Notes: generated from the sequence alone by a model not told the origin. Numbered from the stretch's first letter, positions 1 to 12,602 are shown. The stretch: DNA of 64,000 nucleotides from the human T2T-CHM13v2.0 reference genome, Homo sapiens (GCF_009914755.1 NC_060935.1); one strand, 5' to 3'. Numbers and translations are program-made.

Positions 1-149
1 GTCCAGTATTGGCTAAGTCAATGTTCACGAATGTTCATGGTAACTTTATAGAATGCAGCTACCACAAATAATAAGAATCAACTGTAACAATAATAATAAA
101 AGCAATAATAATATACTTTTTTTTTTCTAGTTCCAGGTATGTCACATTT

Positions 150-1187
150 ATTTTCCGAGATGCTGTTGATGCCCCATCTCAAATCCCTTAAGCCTATGGC
201 TACATTTTCCTGAAGTCTTTGTAGATAATTTTTAATATGCTGATATCTCCCCACCTCAGAAACATGTGCCTCCTTGCCTGCGAAGTCTCTCTCCTGCACC
301 CGAGAGCAGCCGAGAAATGTGAGCAAGTTAAAGCCCCAGGGACAGCTAACAAAAAAAAATGGGAGATTGTAAGTAAACACCCCAGCATCCCAGCACTCCA
401 GAAATCTTGGGACTGATATAGAGACATAGTTTCTCAGAATTCCCCAGTCGAATTTAGGCATCATCATTTCTTGTAGGGATGACTCACTGTGCCAGCTAGC
501 CTTGAAGATGGCTCCTAATGACCCTTGCCTCTTGGTAAATATGTTCTCTATATTCCCCTCTCATGTTAATTAGGGCTGATTGGTGTAGTCAACAGGATAC
601 TAATGAAGTGATATTGTGTGACTTTTGATCATATGTCATTAAAGATATCAAGGCTTCAGCATTGGCCTCTCTTGTATCACTTGTTCTGGGGAAAGCCAGT
701 TGCCATTTAATGAAATTATCTAATCAGTCCTATGGAGAGGTACATATGATGAAGAACTGAGACTTCCTCCCAAAAGCCAGCATCAGCATACCAACCATGT
801 GGCTAAGCTACCCTGAAAGAAGATCCACCATCCCTAGTCAATCCTTCAGATGACTATGTCCTTGGCCCGCATCTTGATTTAAATTCATGAGAACCTCAGA
901 ACCAAAACCACCGAGAACCACCAATCCAAGCTCAAATGAGAACCCCATGTGAATAGGACAAACATTTATTGCTGTTTTAAATTACTAAGTGTTGGGGTAA
1001 TCTGTTACATGACAGTAGATAACAAATACATCTATACATGAACACATATTTTATTGGATTTACTCCTTTTCTTCTCTCACTTAACCCATTCTCACATGTA
1101 CACTTCATAGCATCATCTCAGAAATAAACTATATATGCCCATGTCCTTATTCCAGAGTCTGCTTTTAGAGGAACTCAAACTTTGACT
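150..1187 (+). mobile_element. LTR16-family (LTR16C-like) 5' LTR of an ERVL provirus, split by an MLT1F insertion
   Basis: Starts near GATGCTGTTGATGCCCC. Ends AAATAAACTA...GAGTCTGCTTTTAGAGGAACTCAAACTTTGAC, the typical LTR16 3' terminus. Directly followed by HERV16-like internal sequence. Confidence 0.65.
488..1030 (+). mobile_element. MLT1F-like MaLR solo LTR
   Basis: TG start; AAGATGGCTCCTAATGACCC, GGGGAAAGCCAGTTGCCAT, CCTTCAGATGACT; ends GGGGTAATCTGTTACATGACAGTAGATAACAAATACA. Confidence 0.8.
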
Positions 1188-3524
1188 CTTGGTACTAAGA
1201 AGGTTCTTAAAAGCAAATTCTTATGATGATATCCTGGAATTGAATCAATTATTAGTCAATGGGCCCCATTTCTGGTATTAAGTGGGGTGGTGGTATCTGG
1301 AAAGCTGATTACTAAAACTTCCACTTTTGGTTAATTAAGGATTAGGTAAAGGTAGAAAGAGATGTATTAGTTTGTGCAATAGCTCTAATTTTTGAATGAT
1401 ATTGGGGAAATGGTAAATACACACATACATGTCTATTTATTTATAGGTAAACTGACTTTCGTTAACTTTCCTAGAATGCTGAAGAAAGACAATGGCAAGA
1501 ATAGGTCAATTAACTATTCACTCAAGGTACTCAGTGAAAACCAGGAGGTATCTGTGTTAGAATTCAAAGAGATCTCCATTCCCTATAGCTGGAGTGTCTG
1601 GCCAAGAATTTAATCTTAAGTATAGCAGAGCTAAATAGAAGACAGTACACTGGTATCTCTCCTGTGCTAACGTGAAAGTCCAATTAGGAACATGCAATAG
1701 CTTTACATAAGGTGTGTGTCTCACAAAATGATGTATGACTTTCTCAACATCTATTCATGCTTTCTTTCATTGCCTCTAGACTAATAACTAGAATCAGCCC
1801 TCAGAATAACACAGATAATTAAAGTTTTGCTTTGGTAGCAAATGTTTTATTTACCCAAAGAACTACAGGATTTGGAAAGTACATACAAATAAGACTAGCG
1901 AGACACTTGGGGGAGTGGGTCTTAAAGATGTGGAATATGAGGCTGGATGGAGGAGCTTATTAGTATGGGAGTGCTCTCCCATAACTGTGGTTCAATATTC
2001 TGGCAAGGACAATTGGAGCTGGTTCAAACATTAAAAGGGATGGCTCTTATTTAAACAGGAGAGTGACCTGCAGAAAATGGGGTTTACATGCCCTCAAATA
2101 AATTGGTGTAGAACTTAGGAGATATCAGAGAGGCACATATTAAAATTGGTTGATTATGTGAAACAAAACATCTATCAACTGATGATGTTTCTTCAGAGGG
2201 TTCAGAGATAACTTCATTCATTAAAACAATAAGAATACACTAGTAGAGAGAAGGGTGATAAATTCATTGAGAAGTGTCGTGGTGACTGTCCTTTGTATAC
2301 CAGGATTAATTATAGAAGGTGCTGCTATGTATCTAAGTTTACTGGTATCATTGGGGATGGTAGGACTCTGGGAGAACAGAAGCAAGGTGATGGCACTTAG
2401 CCTTCTAAGACAAGGAGAATATAATTACTATATTAAGCAGTAAAACTGGAAACAAGCAAACCTTGGGACTCGGGGAATCATTGCAATAACTAATGAGCTA
2501 TGGGATTCCTAGAGATGAATAGGTGAACAGCCAACAAAGAGCTTCCGGATTTATATCAAGGGCTGGTAAACAGAAGTCTATGTCAGTCCCAGCAGTGAAA
2601 ATGATGATCTCTCACCAAGTTTCTAGATCTGTGCCATTTTGAAACCCAGAATTCACCTACTGAAGAAAACCTGGGTTTTCTTGAAGGAGGACTTTGCAAT
2701 GACACCACAAACATATATATAAAGTATTCTCCCAAAGATTGCCCCAGGGGTCCTGTGACCATTCTGCAGTGTAAATGTACACTAGCGTAAAGGGAATTTT
2801 TAAAAATCATTTTAGGGTTGTCAGAAATGGGCTGATTTGATAAGTGACAACCAGGAGATCTGCAATGCTAGCATAACTCCCTGTTAGAGTGAAGATCTAT
2901 AGATCCCAGATGATACATAAAACACTGCCTCAGGTCTCTCTCACAGTAAGTCCAATGAGCCCATAGAACTTCGTGTTTTTTTAATCTAGTACTTGTGTAC
3001 TTAAATTGGTGGGAAGAGCCCCGTGAAAGTCTCTGAAACTGCTTTACTGTTTAAGTGAGTAAATCAGAAACAATATGCAGCATAGGTGAACTTGCAGAGA
3101 TTAGTTCTATCCTAAAGTATTTGATTAGGCATTGGGGGTTCCCAATATATCCTAATTTGATTCATTGGAATGGCTTCTTCAAGAAATATGTGAATCATAG
3201 CATATTAAGGCCACCATCACCGTAAAAAAACTGAATGACAGCCCCAATCACATCTACTCTGTTGGATATGATATCTTTAATAGAACAACATAAGCTCCAG
3301 CACTAGGTATGGGGTCATGGATCTGACAAATGTGTTATTTTCAATCCTCAACAGGAACAAGGATCAAACGCAGCTTTCATTCATTTGGAAATATCAGCAT
3401 TTCACATTTACTCACTTGTACAATGGTTATGTTAACTGTTCAGCTCTCTCTTAATGTCCAAAGGCACTCGGATTTCTTTGATAGTCAGTAGAACATCTCA
3501 CTGGGTACTCTATATTAATAAAGT

Positions 3525-3948
3525 GACTGTAAAAATGGATCAAATCCATTGCAGGAATGAAGGATTTATTTTTTTTCAGTGTCTGAAGTACTGCCAACAA
3601 ATAACCCTCAGCTCTCAGTCCCCTTGTGGATTGCCCCTGCTAAATAAAGCCACCAGAGCCTGATTTATGCCTCTTCCTGAGGTGGCCTGTTTCCAATGAC
3701 AGACCAGTGTTGGAGTATGAAGGCCTAACCAGCTCATCTAATTTGGGGAGAGTTCTAAAGAATAAGGTTATTTTCAGCTCCAGAGTCTCATGACATCTCA
3801 AACTACATCATAGCTCATCATCTTCTGACCAATCAGCCTTCTTCATTTCCTGTCTATGCTATTGTTCCAAAGAGCATTTCCTAATAAACCTCCTGCATAC
3901 TAAATTTCAATCTCAGAATCTCCTTCCTCGAGAACTTAATCTGAAATA
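3525..3948 (+). mobile_element. LTR16A/B-like solo LTR inserted in the ERVL pol region
   Basis: CAGGAATGAAGGATTTATT, CCCTCAGCTCTCAG; ends CCTAATAAACCTCCTGCATACTAAATTTCAATCTCAGAATCTCCTTCC. Confidence 0.65.
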
Positions 3949-4076
3949 TCATAGTATTTGAACCCAGTAAAGAAAAAAACGGCAAATACTTAAAGTGCCC
4001 TGTTAATGACACATGCATGTAGGAGTATATAATACAAACCTTACAGAGACACAAGGGACTGTGAAACTTTTAGGAT

Positions 4077-4438
4077 TGCTATGGTTTTAATGTGTGCCTC
4101 GAAATTTCATGTGTTGGAAACTTAATCTTCAGTGCAACAGTGTTGAGAGGTGGGGCCTTTAAGAAGTAATTAGATCATAAGTGTTCTGCACTCATAAATG
4201 AATTAATGTCATTATCATGGGATTGGGTTGGTTATCGTTAAGTGTGGACTCCTGACAAAAGGACAAGTTTGGGCTCCATTTCTCTCTGTTTTGCGCACCT
4301 GTTTCTGTCTTCCCACATGCTGGCGCCATGCTCTTGGGCTTCCCAGGCTCCAGAATCATGAACCAAATAAATTTCCACTCTTTATAAATTATTCAATCTG
4401 TGATATTCTGATATAGCAGCAGAAACTGTACTAAAACA
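4077..4438 (+). mobile_element. MSTC-like MaLR solo LTR
   Basis: TGCTATGGTTTTAATGTGT...TTCATGTGTTGGAAACTTAATC...; ends ATAGCAGCAGAAACTGTACTAAAACA. Confidence 0.8.
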
Positions 4439-5264
4439 GAAGTAAAATATGCTAGAACATTGCTTCCAAAGTAATGCAAACGTTACTGTGCCTTGTATCT
4501 TCTACCACTAAGGAAGAGGCATAGTGCTTGTTGAACCATTTCAGATTTCAGAGGCAGAGTGGTTTCCAAAGCAAAAAAAAAAAAAAAAAAAGGAAAAAAA
4601 CAGATTTTGTATCAGAACTATGCTGTAGTAAATGCGTCCTACAGCTCAATTCATAGGAAATACCTTGGTTCTAGATTGCCTGTGCTAGACAAGGATGGCA
4701 TGTATGGTCTGTCTTGTAAATATAAGTGAAGTTCCCCAGTGTTCCAGAGCAAGGCAATGCCTTCTTCAGCAGAACTTATCATTTGAAAACTTGTTCCTAG
4801 AATGCTACTTGGCCTTAGTAGAGACTAAGTGCTACAGCATGGAAAATAAAATAGCTAAGAAAATGCAGCTACCTGCCATGTATTGAGTATTTTCAGAATC
4901 ACCAATTTATAAAGTCAGATGAATGCAGAAACACAAAAACAATCTATGATATGATAGAAAGAGTAAATTTGACATTAGAACTGAACGGGTCCAGAGACAA
5001 AATGAATCTACATGCCATTATCACCTGCCTATACTGTATCAGCACCTTTCCCTCATATTACACTATGAACCTGTGGAAGTCTCCTAAGCCCAGCTGACAC
5101 AGGAAGTAAACCAGGCTTGGTTCATGGGTGGGCCAGCTTGAAATACCACTGTGAGCAAAAATTAACTACATTCATTTTATAGCCTCATCCACAGGCTCTA
5201 CAGAGAGAAAATCCTCCCAATCTGTAGAGCATTAAGTGGTAAATTTGGTCAACTTCTTCATATA

Positions 5265-5457
5265 GATCAGCAAACAATGGCCCAAGGGTCAAATTAGTCA
5301 ACTACCAGTCTTGTAAATTGTTTTATTGGAACATAGTCACACCATTTGTTTCCATATTGTCTATAGCTGCTTTCACACTACAGTGACAGAGTTGAATAGT
5401 TGCAACAAAAAGCTATATGGTCTGCAAAGCCTAAAATATTATCTAGCCTGACCCCTA
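5265..5457. mobile_element. MER58A (hAT-Charlie MITE)
   Basis: CAGCAAACAATGGCCC...TTTTATTGGAACATAGTCAC...ATATTGTCTATAGCTGCTTTCACACTACA...GCAAAGCCTAAAATATT. Confidence 0.8.
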
Positions 5458-6264
5458 ATATAGAAGATGTGGTCCAAGTTAGGCATACATAACAATTGTG
5501 TAAGAAACAATGGCTTATATGACATGGAGGGCTCTGGAATGAGCAAAACAAGATGAGATACAATAAAATTTGGGAAAAACTAATGTGGATAGGCTTTTGA
5601 GAGTAAGCATAGATGGTGCAGATCATATCTTGTTTCAAAGCCCATCAGAAAGCATTGACCTCAGGTGAGGTATTGAAGAAGAGATGGCTTATCCAGAGTT
5701 AGGCAGCCTCCATCCATGAACATGCTAATGCTTGCACAAGGGCAAATAAACAAAATGACAATGGTGACAAGAATGGAGACTATTTTTTGATCCATTAGCA
5801 TGAACTTCCACCCAGTGAGGTTGATCTAGAACTGTCACTGTTGGCATGTCAGTAGCAAAAATATGCAATGATCCTTTATAGGATAGGATCTCTTGAGACC
5901 AACAAGCTGCTTGGTAAAGTTGTTTACTTGGGTCCCATGAATCCTGGAGCTGCAGCTCTACAGGAATTATTATTTATTTCATGTATAAGCTTTCCTTCCT
6001 TGTCCACATTTCCTAGGCCAGCAGTATCATCCAAAGACTCAGAGTACTTAAATTACTGGTGTCATCTAACATCGCTTCAGACTAATGGAACAATTTCATG
6101 ATTAAGAAGGTGCAATAAAAGGCACATGCCCATGGAGTTAATAGATCGTGGGATACACAGCATTATTTGAACACTGTTATATTGGTTGGACTTCTGAATG
6201 CCTTTTTAAAGACTTAGCTAAGGAATCATCTCGAGAATAATACGCTGAAGGGCTGGAACACTAG

Positions 6265-6687
6265 TGATGTGTTTGGATCTGTGTCCCTGCCCAAATCTCA
6301 TGTCAAATTGTAATCCCAATATTGGAGGTGGGGCCTGGTGGGAGGTGATTGGATTATGGTAGTGGATTTCTCATGAATGTTTTAGCATCATCCTCTTGAT
6401 GCTGTTCTTGTGGTAGTGGGTGAAAACACCAGATCTGGTTGTTTAAAAGTGTGTAGCACTTTCCTACTTGTCCTCTCTCTCTTGTTTCTGTTCTAGCCAT
6501 CTGACATGCCTGTTCCCCCTTTGGCTTCCATCAAGATTGTAAGTTTCCTAAGGCCTCCCCAGAAGCCAAGCAATTGTTAATACCAGGCTTCCTTTTAGCC
6601 TGCAGAACTGTGAGCCAATTAGACCTATTTTCTTTATAAATTATCTTGTCTCAGGTATTTATAACAGTGGAAGAATGCTCTAATACA
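6265..6687 (+). mobile_element. MSTA MaLR solo LTR
   Basis: TGATGTGTTTGGATCTGTGTCCCTGCCCAAATCTCATG...CTAATACA; exact 5-bp TSD ACTAG at 6260-6264 and 6688-6692. Confidence 0.9.
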
Positions 6688-6775
6688 ACTAGAATGTAGC
6701 ATATGCTTTGATCCACAGCCATTAAGTAGTATTGGCCTATTTCATCATCATTCACAGTGACTAACTTGGAAAAAG

Positions 6776-7159
6776 TGTACTATCCTGAAATTGTGTTACC
6801 AAAAAAGATATGTTAAAGTCATAAGCCCCAGTATCTGGGAATGTGGCTTTATTTTGAAAGAACGTCTTTTTTTATAGATGTAATTAAGATGAAGTCATTA
6901 GAACACGATGTGACAAGAGATATAGTGATTGGCATTATGCAGCTGCAAGCGAGAGCATGCCCAGGACTGCCGGCAACACCATAAACTAAGAGGAAAGCAT
7001 GGAACAGATTGTCTCCTAAAGACTTCAAGAAAGCATGGCCCATCCAAAACCTTGATTTTGATTTTTCCAGCCTCCAGCACTATGATAAAATAAATTCCTG
7101 TGGTTGTTAACCAACCATTTTGTGGTGCTTTGTTACAGCATCCCTAGGAAACTAACAGA
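6776..7159 (+). mobile_element. MLT1C-like MaLR LTR
   Basis: AAAAGATATGTTAAAGTC, GATGTAATTAAGATGAAGTCAT, GCAGCTGCAAGC; ends TTTGTTACAGCATCCCTAGGAAACTAA. Confidence 0.75.
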
Positions 7160-7781
7160 CCACAAAGTTAGTTTTTGCTGGATTAAAGGTCACTTGCTCA
7201 GGTTGGGGATAACTTCATCAGGAGATAGATTAAGAGTTTACTGAACCAAAAACTAATACTGATTTCTAGTTATTTTAGACTCCTCATGTCAACAGAACAG
7301 AAAAGGTACTACACTTCCAAAAGATAACAAAACTTTGCTTGCACGAATAATGTAATTAACTGTTACATAATGTGAGTATGGAGGAATATGACTATAATTC
7401 ATGGTATTCTCTGGGGAGCTTCTTGATGTTTCTATGACCAGTGGTAGCTATAAATGAAAATGTGGCAACCATAGCCTGATAAAAACATTGTAAGCAGGGG
7501 AGCAAATGTTCAAAAGTGAAGGTTTAGGCCATGCCACCAGGAAAGCAAATCAGGCTGGTGAAAATATTGGCCATAGGTGAGGGGAATGTCGAATAGATGA
7601 TAATGGAGAAACTTGATTAATATAAATTATGGCCTCAGGACCAGGTACAGTATGGGGAATTTTAGTCTTTATCACAACTATCCATATTTAAAGACATTTT
7701 TTATATTTTGTGTTTGGCCACCACATTTAAGCTTCAGTGAACATGTGGAATCAATAGGGGGGTACAAGAAAATAGGAATGA

Positions 7782-8246
7782 TGTAAGTGCCTATATTAGA
7801 TACTGTTGATGCTGTTGCCCAATCCACTCATCCCAATGAGTTTGCTTGCATCTGTAATAAGCAGTTTCTGGAATAATGACAGTGCCCTTCCTCAAGTGCA
7901 TGCATCTCTAGGCATCTCTTACTAGAGATTTTTTAATGGGACCATGTGGAGATTGCTCAGATATATGAGGGTGCAAACTCAAAGGGGAGGAAGAATTAAA
8001 AGCATGGGGAATAGAATAATATGCAAAAGTGTCCCAACCTCCTATCCTTTTTTGGGACATCTTTGTAATATGCTCATGTGGTTTCTTCAGGGGTTTCCAG
8101 AGCAATTATTCCCCAGTTGCCCTGAACCCACATACATACTTTCTTTTAGTTCCCCAGCTCACTTTGACTCTCTCACTTGCATTTCCATTGATCACACTCA
8201 AGACTTTGTCTCATTGTCTGTGTTTAGGGAAAGCTCAATTAATACA
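7782..8246 (+). mobile_element. LTR16-family 3' LTR of the ERVL provirus
   Basis: GATACTGTTGATGCTGTTGCCC resembles the 5' LTR start; ends CACTCAAGACTTTGTCTCATTGTCTGTGTTTAGGGAAAGCTCAATTAATACA. Confidence 0.55.
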
Positions 8247-8279
8247 CATGTTTAAAAATCACCTTAGAGTGAGTGTAAT

Positions 8280-8365
8280 TATGCTAATTTTATAGATGGA
8301 AAAATAAGACTCAAAAACATTAAATAGCCCAATCAAGTTCACATAATAGTTAGTGGGAGACAACT
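8280..8365 (-). mobile_element. MIR fragment
   Basis: TTTTATAGATGGAAAAATAAGACTCAAAAA...GTTCACATAATAGTTAGTGG, the MIR core. Confidence 0.5.
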
Positions 8366-9599
8366 CCAATGGCTACCAAACTTTAGTTCTTCATATAATA
8401 TCTTCTTAGTCTTTGTCTCATTCTCATGTCACTTAGATTATTTTACTTAATTTAAATGAATATGTATTTAAAATAAAAAGTTGCTAGTAAATGGAAAACC
8501 ACCAGCACTTACTATAATAGAAGGCAACATAAAAATATGTACAACAAGCAGATGAATATCTAACACATCTAAAACCAATGACATGTACATACTCTAATGA
8601 TATAAGGTGACTCTAAACAGATTTTTATTTTTTATTCTGGCATTGGATACACCCTTTCCCCTCTTCTGATTTGCTTGAGCTGAGTTGCTCAAAACTAAGC
8701 ACAACATTCATCTACATTCTCCAAGTCCACCATGACATGTTCCATTAAAACAATCTTTACTACAGTTCTGAAAACTGCATCACATTATAAAGGCATAGTG
8801 GGCAAAACTCTCTCCATTGATTTTGTTCTTCTAGAATGCTTTTTGTGTTTTAATGCCTAACTTTATAGAATTCACTTATCTCTAGACACACCATTTTTTC
8901 CGTAATATACCTAGGAAAAATTTATATCTACTTTCCCAGTTCTAAATACATGTGAAAAAACAGTATGCAATACAAAGAGAATGTGCAGTAAAGGTTATAA
9001 GTTACATTCCAGATTCAATTGATTGAATGTCAGAAACATGGGCAGACTTTTTGAAAAGAACTCTGATCATCAACAAATGGGATGTGCATCTCAATGTTGC
9101 TGATGCTAAGAAAGACATCACAATGTCATACTCAGTATGAGCCATTTTCTTCCATGGTGATCTTGCTCTGAATGAATTTCTACAGTGCCTTTCATGCTTA
9201 ACACTTGTTTTTTGCCTGACATTGTTCAATAACTGCCCTGCAAAAATTAATTTAAAAAATATTAATATTTTTAAAGAAAATTGTGGAGAAAGAATCAAGT
9301 GAAGGAGAAAATTACAGTAGAAGAAAAGATATTGCTGCACAAAAAAGCAAATTTTAGTATTATCAATTCATTGGTGACCCAAAAGTGATGTTTTCAGCAA
9401 CTTATATCCTAATAGCATAGTTTGAGGTTTACATACAGTAGTTTGTTTTAGTTACATTTTAAGAAAATGGTTTTAGATTTTGAGTTGATATGTTAACATA
9501 TTTTTTCCATTTAAAATAAGGAGAAATTAATTCCCGGTTGCTGTTTTCATGCAGAAATTCTGGTTTTCAGGAATGAATTATTGATGATCATAATCAGGT

Positions 9600-9616
9600 A
9601 TCTACAAATCTATCTG

Positions 9617-9658
<42 letters not shown>
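9600..9658. repeat. (TCTA)n microsatellite
   Basis: Visible tandem TCTA/TATC run. Confidence 0.95.
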
Positions 9659-9659
<1 letters not shown>

Positions 9660-11991
9660 GTATTAGTCTGCTCACACACTGCTATGAAGAAATACCCAAG
9701 ACTGGGTAATTTATAAAGGAAAGAGGTTTAATTGACTCATAGTTCCCCATGGCTGAGGAGGCCTCAGGAAGCTTAAAATCATAGTGGAAGACAAAGGAGA
9801 AGCAGGCACCTTCTTCACAGTGCGACAGCATGGAGTGAGTAAAAGCAGGGTTATAAAACCATCAGATCTTGTGAGAACTCACTTACTATCACAAGAACAG
9901 CATGGAGGAAACCACCACCATGACTCAGCTACCTCCACCTGGTCCTGCCTTGACGTGTGGGAATTATGGGGATTACAATTCAAGATGAGATTTGGGTGGG
10001 GACACAAAGCCTAACCATATCTTTCTGCCCCTGGCCCTCCCAAATCTCATGTCCATTTCACATTTCAAAACCAATCATTGCTTTCCATCAGTACCTCAAA
10101 GTCTTAATTCATTTCAGCATTTACTCAAAAGTTCAAGTCGAAAGTCTCATCTGGGACAAGGCAAGTCCCTTCTGCCTATGAGCCTGTAAAATTGAAAGCA
10201 AGTGAATTACTTTCTATATACAATGGGTGTACAGGTATTGGGTAAATACAAAATGGGAGAAAGTGGCCAAAATGAAAGGGCTACAAGCCCCATGCAAATC
10301 TGAAATCCAGCAGGGCAAATTTCAAAGCTCTAAAAGGATCTCCTTTGACTCCATGTCTTAAATGCAGATCACTTTGATGCAAGAGGTGGGCCCCCACGGC
10401 CTTGGTCAGCTCTGCCTCTGTGACTTTGCAGGGTACAGCCCCACTCCTGGCTGCTTTCGTGGACTGGCATTGAGTGTCTTTGGCTTTTCCAGGCACAAGG
10501 TGCACTCTGTCTGTGGTTTTACCATTCTGGGGTCTGGAGGGCAGTGGCTCTCTTCTCACAGCTCCACTAGGCAGTGCCTTAGTGGGGACTCTTTGTGGGG
10601 GCTCTGACTCTACATATGCCTTCTGCACTGCCCTAGCAGAGGTTCTTCAGGAGGTCTCTGCCCCTGCATCAAACTTTTGCCTGGACAAGCAGGCATTTCC
10701 ATACATCCTCTGAAATCTAGACAGAGGTTCCCAAACCTCAGTTCTTGACATCTGTGTACCCACAGGCCCAACACCATGTGTTGGGGCTTGCACCCTCTGA
10801 AGAAATGACCTGAGCTGTACGTTGGCCTCTTTTAGCCATGGCAGGGATGCAGGGCACCAAGTCCCAAGATCGCATAAAGCAGCAAGGCCCTGGGCCTGGC
10901 CCACGAAACCATTTTTTCTCCTAGTCCTCTGGGCCTGTGATGGGAGGGGCTGCCGTGAAAGTCTCTGACATGCCCTGGAGATATTTTGTCCATTCCCTTG
11001 GTAATTAACATTTGGCTTCTCATTACACATGCAAATTTCTGCAGTTGGCTTGAATTTCTCCTCAGAAAATGGGTTTTTCTTTTCTAGCTCATCATCAGCC
11101 TGCAAATTTTCCAAACTTTTATGCTCTGCTTCCCTTTTAAACAAAAGTTCCAATTCCAAACCATCTCTTTGTGAATGCATAAAACTGAATGTTTTTAAGA
11201 GCACCCAATTCACCTCTTGAATGCTTTGATGCTTACAAATTTCTTTCGCCAAATACCCTAAATTATCTCTCTCAAGTTCAAAATTCCATAGGTCTCTAGG
11301 GCAGGGGCAAAGTGCCACCAGTCTCTTTGCTGAAGCATAGCAAGAGTCACCTTTGTTGTGGCTCCCAAAAAGTTCTTAATCTCCATCTGAGATCACCTTA
11401 GCTTGGATTTCATTGTCCATATCACTATCAGCATTTTGGTCAAAGCCATTCAACAAGTCTCTAGGAAGTTCCAAACTTTTCCACATCTTCCTATCTTTTT
11501 CTGAGCCCTCCAAACTGTTTCAATCTCTGCCTCTTACCCAGTTCCAAAGTTGCTTTCACATTTTCAGGTATCTTCATAGCAGCACCCCACTCTCTGCTGT
11601 ACCAATTTACTGTATTAATTCATTATCTCACTGCTATGAAGAGATATCCAGGACTGGGTAATTTATAAAGAAAAGATATTTAATTGACTCAGCTTTGTTC
11701 TACATTGCTGGGGAGGCTTTGAGAAACTTACAATGATGGCATAAGGCAAAAGAGAAGCAGGTACCTTCTTTACAGAGTGGCAGCATGGAGTTAGTGAAAG
11801 CAGGGGAAATGCCAGACACTTATAAAACCATAAGATCTTGTGAGAACTCGCTCACTATCAGGAGAACAGCATGGGGGAAACCACCCCTGTGATTTAATAA
11901 CCTCTAACTGGTCCTGCCCTTGACTTGTGATGATTACGGAGAATACAATTCAAGATAAGATTTGGAGGAAACACAAAGCCTAAACATATTA
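9659..11991 (-). mobile_element. Full-length THE1D MaLR provirus (LTRs 9659-10022 and 11611-11991; internal 10023-11610)
   Basis: Two ~365-380 bp direct repeats starting TGTATTA...CTGCTATGAAG and ending ACACAAAGCCTAA(C/A)CATAT. Internal ORF 10647-11318 (LWNFELERDNLGYLAKEI) is the MaLR internal ORF remnant. Confidence 0.92.
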
Positions 11992-11995
11992 TTTT

Positions 11996-12070
11996 CTATC
12001 TATTTAATCTAATCTGTCTATCCATCCATCCTTTGGTCTATCTACCTACCTATCATCTATTCATCTCATC
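11996..12070. repeat. Degenerate (TCTA/TCCA)n repeat
   Basis: CTATCTATTTAATCTAATCTGTCTATCCATCCATCC...TCTATCTACCTACCTATCATCTAT. Confidence 0.75.
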
Positions 12071-12514
12071 TTTACAGAAATAATCAGAGGTAGCTCATAA
12101 CACAGAACACATGGGAGAAGGTTTAAAAAATTATGAATATGAAAACAAAAGTCCCAGAAATAAATATGCTTAACATGAAGGCCGGTATAGTATCATCAAC
12201 TATATCTCAGAGTTTCCCAATAAGAAACAAATAAAATTATTACACAGTGTGATTTCTGCCAATTTCAGGGGCAAAAAAAATCCCAATAGTAAATTTTAAA
12301 TGTTATGTTTCATACAGACTTTTATATACAGGTTGATTTACAAAAATATATGCACATGATACAGATACAGCATTTAATTGTGAAGACACACAAAAACAGC
12401 CAATAGGATGCTATTGAAGCATAATTTCATAACAAAAACTTAGTGAGTGATTAAGATAATGCACACTCACGTGAAACATTATAGAATGCAAATGTAGTAG
12501 ATGATGTATAATCT

Positions 12515-12602
12515 ATTTTCCTTTTTCTTTTCCTCCTTCCCTTCTTTCCTTCCTTCTTTTCTCTCTTTCTTCTTTCCTTACTCTCTCACTCTCTCTTTCT
12601 AC
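12515..12602. repeat. CT-rich low-complexity tract
   Basis: Nearly pure pyrimidine run. Confidence 0.8.

Larger units (their letters stand above)
1188..7780 (+). mobile_element. HERV16-like (ERVL) internal region with decayed gag-pol, interrupted by five younger elements
   Basis: Begins TTGGTACTAAGAAGG...CTGGAATTGAATC. Bases ~3315-3450 translate to VMDLTNVLFSILNRNKDQTQLSFIWKYQHFTFTHLYNGYVNCSAL, matching the ERVL reverse transcriptase DLANAFFSIP...YTFTVLPQGY region. Purine-rich tract precedes the 3' LTR. Confidence 0.7.

Noticed and set aside
8440-8560. Possible Charlie-type DNA transposon fragment
   Set aside because: Only a short resemblance (GTAAATGGAAAACCA...AATAGAAGG), too weak to call without a profile search.
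10647-11318. 223-aa ORF as a functional gene
   Set aside because: It is a THE1 internal ORF remnant that drifts out of frame, and a homologous remnant is present at 44746-45210.
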